Of a stretch of 64,000 nucleotides of DNA, positions 35,565 to 46,079 are shown in pieces. Position 1 is the first letter of the stretch. Each line of letters opens with the position of its first letter. The position numbers and the translations under genes were made by a program. The DNA is taken from the IMG/VR virus record IMGVR_UViG_3300020466_000002, one strand, 5' to 3'. This DNA comes from an uncultured virus (IMG/VR IMGVR_UViG_3300020466_000002). Lineage: Duplodnaviria > Heunggongvirae > Uroviricota > Caudoviricetes. The notes below the pieces were generated by a model. That model made no database searches and had not been told where the DNA came from. It saw only the letters and a program-made list of their open reading frames with translations.

Positions 35565-35849
35565 TTATCTATTTTTTTGAATTTCGTATAATCGTTCATC
35601 GATTTTATCGAGTTTTTCCTTCATTTCCTCTACGTCCTCTTGGGTGTTCATGATAGTTTCTCTGATCAATTCGTCTTTTAGATCATACTCTACACGATCT
35701 ATAACTGGTTCAGGTAACTCCTTAGCTAAAGCAATATCAGCTTGCAAAGCAAACCACATACCTACTAGTGTTACAATACCTGCACCTATCATGCCTAATG
35801 TTTTTAAATCTAGTGTTATTTTAGTTTCTTCGCCTATTTGCTTTGCCAT
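35565..35849 (-). CDS. TM plus coiled-coil protein
   Basis: One hydrophobic helix and C-terminal coiled coil. Confidence 0.55.
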   Translation of the reverse strand: MAKQIGEETKITLDLKTLGMIGAGIVTLVGMWFALQADIALAKELPEPVIDRVEYDLKDELIRETIMNTQEDVEEMKEKLDKIDERLYEIQKNR

Positions 35850-35851
35850 AG

Positions 35852-37090
35852 TTATTTCATTGTTATGTTAATTCCAAAATTTGTACTATAAATTTCTGAA
35901 TCCCAGAATTTAGTATATTCACCCTCTACAAATATACCTAGCATCTTACCAACTTTCCAACCAAACATTAAACCTGCTTGGTAATCACTCCATTGCTCAG
36001 GTGTTGAATCTTGTCTCAAACCACCTTTACCCCAATTACCTCTATTAAGATAACTAAAATCCTCATCACCTTTTAAGTATTTGTGATAAGGTAGTATCCA
36101 GTTAGCATAAGCGTGCATCCAGAATTTATTTTTGTAGTGATAAAAATCAGCTCCCACTACAGGTGCAATTTCACCATAAGGATCTAATAGATCCCAAATG
36201 TCATTATTGTAACGGTTCATAAGATCAGGAAATACCTCATCTCTAAACACTTCGTCTGTATGAGCAACTAATACGTCATTCTCGTCCATCCAAAACCATG
36301 CTGGAAATTGTACGAAGTTTCCATCTTGATCATAATAATTAGCTACATAATAAGTATCATAGTATCCATACTCATAACCAAGAGTATACCATGGGTTCGC
36401 AGCTGTACCATCATCATTTTGTTCGTTTAACCATATTTCAATTGGATTATATCCGTAAGCTTTTTCATGAGTACGATATATAGCTCCAGCTGATATACTA
36501 AATTTCTTTCCAATAGGTAATCTTGCTCTAGCTTCTGCTGATTGATATTTAAAACCTATGTTTCCTTGTTCTCTTTGCTCTAGTTTTACTATGTGGTTAT
36601 CACCAGTATGTCTTAAAAAATATCTACTGTTAATCCATTCTTCTCCACGTTTTCTTTCTTTTTCATAATGTATTAAGTATTCAAAGCCTTTTATTGCAGC
36701 TGTAGGAGCAGATAAACCAACGTTATTTTCGTCTTCACCTATACCGTTATAAAAGTTTGCACCTTTAACTTCATAGTCAAATCTAGCTAGTTTTCTAAAA
36801 CCAATACCGTATCTATAATCAAATGGGTGATATATTGTTTGATCAACAACATCAGGGATAGCATATAAGTTATCAGGATCCGTTCTAACAAAAAAGTCAG
36901 GTCTTTGTGTTTCATACGCACTACCTATATTTCCAGCAGCGTAAAACGTTCCGTATTTGAAAAAATCTTTATATAAATCTTTAAAAAAGTTTGATTTCTT
37001 CTTTGTTTTGATAGCCTCTGTGTAGGTTATCTCTTGGGCAAAAGTATTGCCAGATAATAATAGTATTATAATTATCAGTAGTTTTTTCAT
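35852..37090 (-). CDS. secreted protein, probable outer-membrane beta-barrel
   Basis: Signal peptide MKKLLIIIILLL; alternating aromatic strands; ends IFVEGEY...STNFGINITMK. Confidence 0.55.
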   Translation of the reverse strand: MKKLLIIIILLLSGNTFAQEITYTEAIKTKKKSNFFKDLYKDFFKYGTFYAAGNIGSAYETQRPDFFVRTDPDNLYAIPDVVDQTIYHPFDYRYGIGFRKLARFDYEVKGANFYNGIGEDENNVGLSAPTAAIKGFEYLIHYEKERKRGEEWINSRYFLRHTGDNHIVKLEQREQGNIGFKYQSAEARARLPIGKKFSISAGAIYRTHEKAYGYNPIEIWLNEQNDDGTAANPWYTLGYEYGYYDTYYVANYYDQDGNFVQFPAWFWMDENDVLVAHTDEVFRDEVFPDLMNRYNNDIWDLLDPYGEIAPVVGADFYHYKNKFWMHAYANWILPYHKYLKGDEDFSYLNRGNWGKGGLRQDSTPEQWSDYQAGLMFGWKVGKMLGIFVEGEYTKFWDSEIYSTNFGINITMK

Positions 37091-37120
37091 AGTTAAGTCT
37101 TTATATTCTTATATTATCAC

Positions 37121-40100
37121 TTATTTTTTTCTTTTTTTATAATTTTCAAGTGCTCTTTTACGTGCTTCGTCTTTGCTTTTATTGTATTTATTTGGATTTC
37201 TTGATTTATCTCTTAGCTTATCTTTTTTTACTTTTTCTTTTAATTTAGCTCTATTAGGATCAGCAACAGATCCAAGGTCCCATGTATTCCAACCCATAAA
37301 GTTAGCTATTCTCTGCCAAGTTGCATTTTGATTATTCAAAGAAGCTCTAACATTATTTAGTTTATTAAATACTCTATCTAAAGGAACGTTAGTAAAACCA
37401 GAAACAACATTACCAACCGCATTGTACGCAGGACTTCTTAAATCAAAGCCATATTCAGCCATTATATCTTTATTAAACCTATACTCTTGTATACCAGAAT
37501 ATACTCTTCTAAGTTTACTTCCAATTGGTGGTGATAAATTTGCAAATTCAATAACAGTGTAAGTGTGATCAGCCATAAATCCTTTATCTTCTTGTTCTTT
37601 AAATTTAAGTAAAATATTTTTAAGAGTAGATACACCGGCACCATAAACACCACCACCTCTTAATATTGTATCCATCATGTTATTCATTATTCTATGTCTC
37701 TTTTTAAGAAACATTTTATCTTTTTCTTCTTCATCTTCTTCAAATACAACTGCAAACAATGCTGATTGCATAGATGTAAATATTAAGTTTTGAACAAAAC
37801 TATAATATACTAATTTTGAAATATTTGTTTTAGCATCACCCCTACCATTTTTGAGATCAAGAAAAGCTTTCTTAGTTAACCTCATATACTGCATTGGTGT
37901 ATTTTGGAACGCGAGTATTAATCTACCTAATGGTCCAGCTTGTTGCATTGAAATCATATCAGGTCTAGCTGACTGCTGTGTTGCTTCTGATATATCTGCA
38001 AAATCTTGAAAAGCTTGTTTTTCAGCTTCTGCTTGAGACATACCTTCAGCTAAATAAGTATTAATTCTATTTCTGTACATTGTAGCACCACCTGAAGCAA
38101 TAGCAAAACTATCCGCTAGCTGTGTTGGTGTAAAACCTACTCTTAACAAAGCTCTTAACAAAGCTGTTGGATTACCATTTTTACCTTTAACTGCCGATGC
38201 AATTTCAGCTTCGTTTACATCTGTTTGTAAACCAGCTCTTCTTTGCTTTAGCATGTCTGAATTAAATATGTACACAAAATCTTTTACATATTGATCCCAA
38301 TTAGCTACAGCTGCAGCTGCTTTTAATGGATTGTTGTCACTCCAGTTAACAAAGTTTACCATTGATATTGTTTGTAAAACTGCAGATCTCATATTGAAGA
38401 ACATAATAGCACCAACAGAGTTATTAACCCAATCTGAAAATCTATTTACTAATTTATTATTACCAAATTTTCTATTAGTACCATTTTCCATTCTCCATAA
38501 CATATCTTCTAAAGCTTCTCTAAAATCAGTACCATAGATAGATTCTATTTTATTTAAATTCTTTTTACTAAATATAATATTCTTAGCTTCTATCCATTCT
38601 TTAAGGTAGTGTTTTCTACCTTGTTTCATTGTTATGTCGTTTATATCTTTAGCTACATTACCAACAGTCCAGTTTTCATCTGGCTTAGTATAACCTTGAT
38701 CTTTAGTTAATTTAATTAAACCATTACCAAAAGCTTTATAACCAGCGTTATTTTCTATAGCTTTTACTAAAGCATTTATTTCTTTTTTAGATATACCAGG
38801 TATTTCGTATCCTAACTTGTTCCACACATATACTCTAATACCATCTGAAACAGTGAAAGGTCCAACTCCTATATCTTCATTTAATTCAGCTGTAACAACA
38901 GGTTCTAACTTTTTTAATTCTTGCAACCCGTTTAAATAAATCTGTTTAGCTTGGTTTATTTTTTGAATAGCTCTAGAAAAAGGATCAAATAATGTTTCTT
39001 TAAAAAACTTATAATGATTATTACCTTGTTCACCTTTACCCATAAACATATACATAAGACCAACAAAATCTTCAGCGCCTGGTGGCATCCACCAAGAATT
39101 TTTTACTTGTGATCCTTTTGATTTAGCAGCTGCGTCACTAACATTTGTTTTTGCATTTACACCGCTTTGCTCATATATTATATTGTTCATTTCAGCGTCT
39201 AGATCTGATTTACTATATTGTATACTTCTTGACGGTGTTAATACTTTTCTTTCACCAGTCATAGGATCTATATTTGGTCCTCTTCTGTCAAGAACAATAA
39301 CTTCTAAAGCATATTTCAACGCATCTTTAATTTCTTTATTCTTCTCTTGTGGAATGAGTTTCCTTAATTCATCAGGTGATCTTTCATTTATAGCTTTTTG
39401 AGCTACTTTTGCTATTTCTAATTTTTTTCTCCAATATTCTTTAGTGTTGTAACGTTGAATACGATTACCAATATCATCTGCTAAAAAAAGATTTGTTTCG
39501 ATGTTATCTATATTATACTTACTAAACTGAACTTGTTTAACCTTATGATTTACATCAACAACTTCTAATACTTTTTGTACAGCTTCTACGTTTTTATAAG
39601 CGTCATCTACAAAATAAAAGTCGTTATACCCATTAGCTGCTTTATCTATAACCCATTCAGCTTTAGCATCAGGTCTACCATCTTCTAAACCTGTTATGTT
39701 TTCAATAGGTATTTCTAAACCTAATTCTTTCATAAATTTATATATAGCTGGAGCAGCTTGTTGAGGTCTTGCTGTTAATATAAATATATGTTTATTACCA
39801 AACTTACCAATAGCTTTTCTAAGTTTAGCAACTAGTGGCCCAGGTTTACCATTTATAACCTCGTTAAATTGTTTAAAATCAAACTCAGCTCCCTGTGCTT
39901 CTAGCTCAGAAGCTTTTACAGCAAATTCAGCAGGTGTTATTTCAGTTACAGTATTGTCAGGCATTTTAACTATAATCTTACTATCACTATATGCTAATGT
40001 ATCGTCAAAATCAAATATACTTATACCTTTATGAGGAGCATCAGGATCTCTAGCTATTTCAATTGCTTTGTTTACTTTTTGTTGTAACTCAAAATCTGAT

Positions 40101-43100
40101 TTACTATATTGTATTAAACTAGGAGCAATAACCTTATCTTCAACAACATCATACATGTACATAGGTAGATCATCATATCTAGTTTCAAATTGACTATCAC
40201 CAGGTTTATGGTTAATACCCATTTTACTTCTACGACCACTTTTACTTAAAGCATCGTCTTGTTTTTGAGGTATTATAGCTACATCATAATTTGCTACTTC
40301 TTTTTGTAATAATGTTTTATTACCCGTTACAACATATAAATAAGCTAAATCTCTTATATAGTTTGCTGGTGACATATGTTCTAATACCCATTTATCATCT
40401 TTATAAGCTAGCCCTTGTTTTATTTGTTCTTCTTTACTTAATAAATTACCATTTTTATCACTAGGTAAATATCTAGGACCAGCCATTACCTTACCAGGAC
40501 TAAACTGATTTGCAAATAAATTAGTTAATAACCATTGTACAGCTCCTAAGCTTATGTTACCATTATCGTAACCTTCTTTTATTTTAGGTAACAACACATC
40601 CAACATAAAATCTTTTTCAGCTTTAGAATCTTCGTATATTTCTTTTACAGCTTGTTTTTTACCATTATCATCTAGGTTATTATAATCGCTATCTTCATTA
40701 ACATACCATTGTCCATGCTTATATGTATTATCATTTCTTGCTTGACCTCTTTCTGGTTTAAAACCTAAATTATCTTGTGCGTCCTTAGCGTTAGCAAATA
40801 TAGAATCTCTAACTGTAGGTTTTACCATTTTACCTTTTTTATTTTTCTTTAATGGTATTTCAATTAGCTCTGATGCTTTTACTAATATATTTTTTATAGC
40901 TCCTTTAGCTTTAAAACCAGCTAATCTAGCAGGCATATAAACAGAAGGATAAATGTATTTTACAAAATCTGCTAAAGATATGTCAGAATCAAATAACCAT
41001 TTTACAGCTTGCCTAACATCATTTAAACTACTTCTACTATTAAAATCTTTTTCATTTTTTAAACCTAACTTAGCGTTTATACTATCCATGTCAGTAGCTT
41101 CTTTTAAATTGTAGCTAACGTTTTGTATTAAGAAGTCAACAGTTTTTTCTACATTATATTTTTTAGCTTTAACAACTGAGTCTTTTATTTTCCACTCAGA
41201 ACCTATTTCTCTAGCAATTAACCTAGCTTCTTCTTTAGTTATTCCTAATTCTGCTACATTATTTACTAATATATCTCTTATAGTTTTTTCTATGTAATTA
41301 TCAACTTGTTTAAAGTTTTCAATAAAACTACCTCTATGTTCTGTTATTAATGATAATATTTTAGGTATAAGTTTTTTATTAGGTTTTATATCGTTTTCTA
41401 TATCTCCTCTAGTTATAGAATGAGCAGTTTTACTAAACTGAACTACATCACCATCCATATTTTCTTCAGTCTTAGGATCTAAATATACTTGAATATCTTT
41501 TATTAACTTTTCAACTTGTATAACAGCTGTGGTACTACTATGTAGATTAGCTTTTTTAACCATACCTTCAACGATTTTAGTATCGTTTAATATATTGCCT
41601 AATTCTATTTGCACAAAATTACCAGCCATATCATTAGCAAGTTGCTTTTGTCTAGCTCTCAATGTTGTTAAACCACCTTGTGTAAAATATTTTATAAATG
41701 TTGCTTTTAAAGGTTTAGATATTTTATGATCTACCTTTCTATAATAACTATCTTTTTTAAGTAAAGGATTATCTTTCTTTAAATTCTTTTTATCTGTAAC
41801 ACCTATTTTTTCTTTACTAAATATTGTGTTAAGTTTTTTAAGTCTAGCAACAGGGTAAGCTTTTATTATATCTTCAAAGCCCATTGTTAACATTTCCATG
41901 TATTGATCTGGAATTACTGCTACATTTTTACCATCTACTTTTTTAGACTTAATTGGTCCGAGCTCGTTTAATACTTTATCTGTTATATCTTTATTTATTA
42001 AAGCTTCTATTTTAGCTATTAATTTTTCAACCTCTTCAGTTATTTTTTTATTTCTATTAGCTCTTGCTGCTGGATTTGGATCAGTACCTGCTAATTTAAC
42101 TAATGTAGATAAAGCACTTGTTACAAGGTTTTTTATTTGTCCTTCTAGTTTTTTATTATAAAAAGGTTCACCTTCTACATTTTTAATAACCTTGTTAAAG
42201 TTATTTTGTTTTCTTTGTTTTCTTGACGTATCTTTTTTAGTTTCTTTAGCTTTAACATTTTTAGCTTCTGATATATCTACACCCATTTGCTCAACACCAC
42301 CAATAGCTTTAGCTCTAGTAAATATTTCAGCTTGTCTATTTTTAAGTGTTGATCCTAAAAAGGTTGTTACTTCGTTGTCTGGATTATAAGTATTAAATAA
42401 TGGAGTTTTACGGCTGACCTTATTACCGTTTGGTAATGTTACCGTTGGGAATATACCAAGCATTTGTTCTGCAACAGCTTCTTTAACTGCCTCGATTGGT
42501 ATTTGGCCATTAGGATCGAATTTTAGTGCGTTACTAATTACAGGCCAGTTTCTTTCTATTAAAGCTTCTACAGCTCCAAATCTATCTTCTTGTGTAGATT
42601 GTGGTGAGTTTATTATATCAACTAGTGATTTATTATCTATTTCAAGATCTAAAAATTGTTGCGCTCTTGGATTAACTTCTTTAGAAAATTGTAACTGTAA
42701 ATCTTTAGATTCTTGTAAACCACCTTCTTGTGCTAGATCAGTATCACCAATAGCTTGTTTAGCTTCTTTTGTTAGTTTTCCTTCTTGTACGCTTTTGCCA
42801 TATGTTTTCATAAAGTTATAAACACCTTTTCCGTCTTTAAAACTTATATTATCAAAACCTTCACCTTTAAATAAACCTACAACAGCGTCACCTACTTTTT
42901 CAAGTAAGCTTTTATCATAATTAATTCTTTCTTGGGCTAACATATCTGCAAACACATTAACATACTCTGTGTCGTACTCCGCACCAGTATAACCTCTGTC
43001 TTTCATTTCTTGATCAACAGCTGATCTTTGTGCCCATGTCATAGATCTTCTAAACTGTTTAACCATTTTACCTTGAGCTATTCTATCTCCTACTTTAGCG

Positions 43101-44806
43101 TTTAATATTTTATGTAAGAATTCGTGACTACCAACACCAATTTGACCTTGTTCGCTAGCTACTTCTTTATTAATAAATATTTTACCACCAACAGTAAATC
43201 CAGCTACTTTACCACTTTGATCTTTAAACTCTTGTTTTTGTTTTTTATCAACTTCACTAAGACCTTCCATTGCTTGTTCAGTCTCTTTAGTTGTATTTAA
43301 AACTGTTGTTTGTAAACCTTTTGCTGCATCTTCTTTAGACACTGTATCTTTTACAAACTTAATATTGTCTTCTAACTTCATGTCTTGAAGTTTTTGTCTA
43401 GCGTCTTTATATTCTTTTTCAAAACCTACTCTAGCAGTTTCAAATTCTGAATCAGATATTACACCTGCTCTTTTCTTCCTATGTAATTCAGTTATTTTAA
43501 AAGCAGCAGCATCAGCTAAATCTGATAAACTATTTATTTCATTTAACTGATCGTTGCTTAAGTTATTATATATTTTATTTCCTTTTCTTACAGAATCAGC
43601 AATATCTTGTTCTAATACATCTATTTGCTTTTGTATACCTTCAGCAGTAGTTGCGTCTTTTGTGCCTTTAAGTTTTATTCTTAAATCACCTATTTTATCT
43701 ATGTTTTCACTAACCTTTTTTCCATCAACAACGGATCTTATATTGCTTAGTGATTTAGCAGCGCTTCCACCACCAACAATACCACCACCACCAAGGAAAC
43801 CTTGTATACCAGCTTCTAAACCCTCTTCGCTAAATAGAGCTTCTATAGCAGCATCAACTGGATTAGCGTCTATATCTGTACCAGCTACCCTACCCATTTC
43901 AGAGTTTACCTCATCACCGACATGCTGTAATATCTCCGTGTTGAATTCTGCAAATCCACCACCAAGCATATTCATTACATCTCTACCGTTTTTACTATAA
44001 AATATTTTATTAGTTAATTGCTTAGGTATCATTTTTAAGAATGGTGCTCCTCTACCTCTAGTAGCTATTAATGTTGCTGGAACTATTGATTCTAAAGCTG
44101 TATTGACAACACCCATTGCTACTGGTATTTTACTTTCTGCATCACCGGATTTTATTAACTCCTCTAGACTAACACCTGTATTTTGAGCTTTTTGTTTATT
44201 ATACTCTACATAGTTATTAGCTATAAAGTCAGATAAGAAACCACCACCTACTGTACCAGCACCATAAGCAACACTACCTAACATATTTGTTATAGCATTG
44301 AATGATCCAGCTAACACTCCACCAACATCTCCTTTCTTCCAACTTTCAACAACACCAAGTGTTCGTTTTGTTTTTTCTTGTTCTTTCTTATACGCTTCTA
44401 TAGCTTGTATCGTGTGTTCATCACCAACCTCAAACCCAATAAAACCACTTTTATCCTTTTTTTGTCTACCTGTTAAGATTTGATATATTCCGTTACTTGC
44501 TATGTCTTTTGCAGAACCAGCACCATCGTCACTAAACCACCACTCGCCAACATCCCAGATCATTTCACCTAGGTTCTCCATTGAGTTACTTACGGATTGC
44601 CAAGCGGTTAATTCTTCAGCTGAATCCGAAGAACCAATTTCCGAGTTGGAGACCATATCGTTTTCCGATCCTACATTGGTCTCCGCATTGGCAGGATCGA
44701 CTTCCTTTCCCAAAGAAGTGTTATATTTGTTTATTACATCTTGTATGAACTCATGTGACTTACCATCGTCAATCATTTGTTGCACGACATCTTTTATTTC
44801 AGCCAT
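37121..44806 (-). CDS. giant multidomain internal virion/ejection protein
   Basis: 2561 aa after tail/ejection genes; HEFLH zincin motif, FDFDDTL HAD motif, five Q[FY]SK linkers. Confidence 0.75.
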   Translation of the reverse strand: MAEIKDVVQQMIDDGKSHEFIQDVINKYNTSLGKEVDPANAETNVGSENDMVSNSEIGSSDSAEELTAWQSVSNSMENLGEMIWDVGEWWFSDDGAGSAKDIASNGIYQILTGRQKKDKSGFIGFEVGDEHTIQAIEAYKKEQEKTKRTLGVVESWKKGDVGGVLAGSFNAITNMLGSVAYGAGTVGGGFLSDFIANNYVEYNKQKAQNTGVSLEELIKSGDAESKIPVAMGVVNTALESIVPATLIATRGRGAPFLKMIPKQLTNKIFYSKNGRDVMNMLGGGFAEFNTEILQHVGDEVNSEMGRVAGTDIDANPVDAAIEALFSEEGLEAGIQGFLGGGGIVGGGSAAKSLSNIRSVVDGKKVSENIDKIGDLRIKLKGTKDATTAEGIQKQIDVLEQDIADSVRKGNKIYNNLSNDQLNEINSLSDLADAAAFKITELHRKKRAGVISDSEFETARVGFEKEYKDARQKLQDMKLEDNIKFVKDTVSKEDAAKGLQTTVLNTTKETEQAMEGLSEVDKKQKQEFKDQSGKVAGFTVGGKIFINKEVASEQGQIGVGSHEFLHKILNAKVGDRIAQGKMVKQFRRSMTWAQRSAVDQEMKDRGYTGAEYDTEYVNVFADMLAQERINYDKSLLEKVGDAVVGLFKGEGFDNISFKDGKGVYNFMKTYGKSVQEGKLTKEAKQAIGDTDLAQEGGLQESKDLQLQFSKEVNPRAQQFLDLEIDNKSLVDIINSPQSTQEDRFGAVEALIERNWPVISNALKFDPNGQIPIEAVKEAVAEQMLGIFPTVTLPNGNKVSRKTPLFNTYNPDNEVTTFLGSTLKNRQAEIFTRAKAIGGVEQMGVDISEAKNVKAKETKKDTSRKQRKQNNFNKVIKNVEGEPFYNKKLEGQIKNLVTSALSTLVKLAGTDPNPAARANRNKKITEEVEKLIAKIEALINKDITDKVLNELGPIKSKKVDGKNVAVIPDQYMEMLTMGFEDIIKAYPVARLKKLNTIFSKEKIGVTDKKNLKKDNPLLKKDSYYRKVDHKISKPLKATFIKYFTQGGLTTLRARQKQLANDMAGNFVQIELGNILNDTKIVEGMVKKANLHSSTTAVIQVEKLIKDIQVYLDPKTEENMDGDVVQFSKTAHSITRGDIENDIKPNKKLIPKILSLITEHRGSFIENFKQVDNYIEKTIRDILVNNVAELGITKEEARLIAREIGSEWKIKDSVVKAKKYNVEKTVDFLIQNVSYNLKEATDMDSINAKLGLKNEKDFNSRSSLNDVRQAVKWLFDSDISLADFVKYIYPSVYMPARLAGFKAKGAIKNILVKASELIEIPLKKNKKGKMVKPTVRDSIFANAKDAQDNLGFKPERGQARNDNTYKHGQWYVNEDSDYNNLDDNGKKQAVKEIYEDSKAEKDFMLDVLLPKIKEGYDNGNISLGAVQWLLTNLFANQFSPGKVMAGPRYLPSDKNGNLLSKEEQIKQGLAYKDDKWVLEHMSPANYIRDLAYLYVVTGNKTLLQKEVANYDVAIIPQKQDDALSKSGRRSKMGINHKPGDSQFETRYDDLPMYMYDVVEDKVIAPSLIQYSKSDFELQQKVNKAIEIARDPDAPHKGISIFDFDDTLAYSDSKIIVKMPDNTVTEITPAEFAVKASELEAQGAEFDFKQFNEVINGKPGPLVAKLRKAIGKFGNKHIFILTARPQQAAPAIYKFMKELGLEIPIENITGLEDGRPDAKAEWVIDKAANGYNDFYFVDDAYKNVEAVQKVLEVVDVNHKVKQVQFSKYNIDNIETNLFLADDIGNRIQRYNTKEYWRKKLEIAKVAQKAINERSPDELRKLIPQEKNKEIKDALKYALEVIVLDRRGPNIDPMTGERKVLTPSRSIQYSKSDLDAEMNNIIYEQSGVNAKTNVSDAAAKSKGSQVKNSWWMPPGAEDFVGLMYMFMGKGEQGNNHYKFFKETLFDPFSRAIQKINQAKQIYLNGLQELKKLEPVVTAELNEDIGVGPFTVSDGIRVYVWNKLGYEIPGISKKEINALVKAIENNAGYKAFGNGLIKLTKDQGYTKPDENWTVGNVAKDINDITMKQGRKHYLKEWIEAKNIIFSKKNLNKIESIYGTDFREALEDMLWRMENGTNRKFGNNKLVNRFSDWVNNSVGAIMFFNMRSAVLQTISMVNFVNWSDNNPLKAAAAVANWDQYVKDFVYIFNSDMLKQRRAGLQTDVNEAEIASAVKGKNGNPTALLRALLRVGFTPTQLADSFAIASGGATMYRNRINTYLAEGMSQAEAEKQAFQDFADISEATQQSARPDMISMQQAGPLGRLILAFQNTPMQYMRLTKKAFLDLKNGRGDAKTNISKLVYYSFVQNLIFTSMQSALFAVVFEEDEEEKDKMFLKKRHRIMNNMMDTILRGGGVYGAGVSTLKNILLKFKEQEDKGFMADHTYTVIEFANLSPPIGSKLRRVYSGIQEYRFNKDIMAEYGFDLRSPAYNAVGNVVSGFTNVPLDRVFNKLNNVRASLNNQNATWQRIANFMGWNTWDLGSVADPNRAKLKEKVKKDKLRDKSRNPNKYNKSKDEARKRALENYKKRKK

Positions 44807-44811
44807 AATTT

Positions 44812-46068
44812 TTATTTATCTAAAGTTACTTGATCTAAGTAGTAATCAGCATCTCTTGCTGTTGTATTTTGTTGGGTATTACCCAATTGGTTAAAGTCAG
44901 GCCATAAATTTTGAGGAATGTTTTGAGCATTAAATAAAGTTGCTAAATCTGAAGGATTAGTAGGATCTAAATATTGCACGTTGTTACCTTGCCAAAGTTC
45001 GTATAAACCTTCTGCTTCTCCTTGCCCAGCTATTATTTGGTCAGTACCTACTAAATATTGATTAATAAGAGTAGCATCACCTTGTAATAATCCATTCCAA
45101 CCTTGTAATAGGTTATTCATCATAGCGTTGTATTTTCTTTCACTAGCTGTACCTCGCGATCTTGGTGCTTGATTTCTAGTTTGTTTTAATTGAGCACCTG
45201 CCGCGGCTGTTTGTTTAAACATGTCTAAATAAGAGTTTATAACAACATCTCTTAATTCATCTACTCGTTGATCATTTAATAATAAATCATTTGGTAAACC
45301 TAGACCACCTGGTATAATAAAATCATCTGAAGCTAGTGATTGCACAATGTTTCTTTGATTCATTAGTTTTTGTAGCTTTAATCTATATAGGTTTTCTTGC
45401 GAAGGACTAAAAGCTATTCCAGATTTATATAAAGCTTCGTTCATCTCTAATATACTAGTAGCCGCGTTGTTTGCTTTAACATTATAGTCTGGTAAATCAT
45501 CAAAGTTTATATAACCACTATCATTATAAAAACTAAGATCACCGTTTTCGCTAATAGCTATATCCATTCCGTCTGTGTATATTTGAGAAAGTATACCCAT
45601 TTTGTCTTCAGAATTAGCTCTACTTAAATTTCCTTCAGCTATTGTTTCTAAATAATCTGATTTATATCCTTTAAAGTTTTCTAACTTAGCATTTAAGTTT
45701 TCAAAAGAAGAAACAATTGAGTTTAATTTTTCTCTACATCTCATTTGTTGTTCTGATCCAGCTGGTGCGTTTGCAACACAAGCAGCAGCTTTAGTGTAAG
45801 CTGATTTTTGTTGCATACCCCACTGTGTTACTGGGTCTCTATACCTTGGTCCTACTTTATTAATATCAACACCTTCAGGTAGCTTGTCTAGGTATTTATT
45901 AACCATAGCGTTGTTTCTAGACCTTGCTTGTTCGTCAAGTCTTTTTTGTAATAACTTTTGTTTTTCATTATACCTATCCTCTTCTCTCCATTCTTTTCTA
46001 AAGTTATTTACAATATCTAAAACTCCTTCGCCTGCTAAATTGTTTAAAAATGTACTATTTAAATTCAT
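44812..46068 (-). CDS. internal virion/ejection protein
   Basis: 418 aa helical protein preceding the giant cargo gene. Confidence 0.55.
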   Translation of the reverse strand: MNLNSTFLNNLAGEGVLDIVNNFRKEWREEDRYNEKQKLLQKRLDEQARSRNNAMVNKYLDKLPEGVDINKVGPRYRDPVTQWGMQQKSAYTKAAACVANAPAGSEQQMRCREKLNSIVSSFENLNAKLENFKGYKSDYLETIAEGNLSRANSEDKMGILSQIYTDGMDIAISENGDLSFYNDSGYINFDDLPDYNVKANNAATSILEMNEALYKSGIAFSPSQENLYRLKLQKLMNQRNIVQSLASDDFIIPGGLGLPNDLLLNDQRVDELRDVVINSYLDMFKQTAAAGAQLKQTRNQAPRSRGTASERKYNAMMNNLLQGWNGLLQGDATLINQYLVGTDQIIAGQGEAEGLYELWQGNNVQYLDPTNPSDLATLFNAQNIPQNLWPDFNQLGNTQQNTTARDADYYLDQVTLDK

Positions 46069-46079
46069 GTCTTTATATT

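Noticed and set aside
39990..40025. DFDD as a virion RNA polymerase catalytic motif
   Set aside because: Context IFDFDDTL with downstream ILTAR and FVDD fits HAD motifs, not DxDxD
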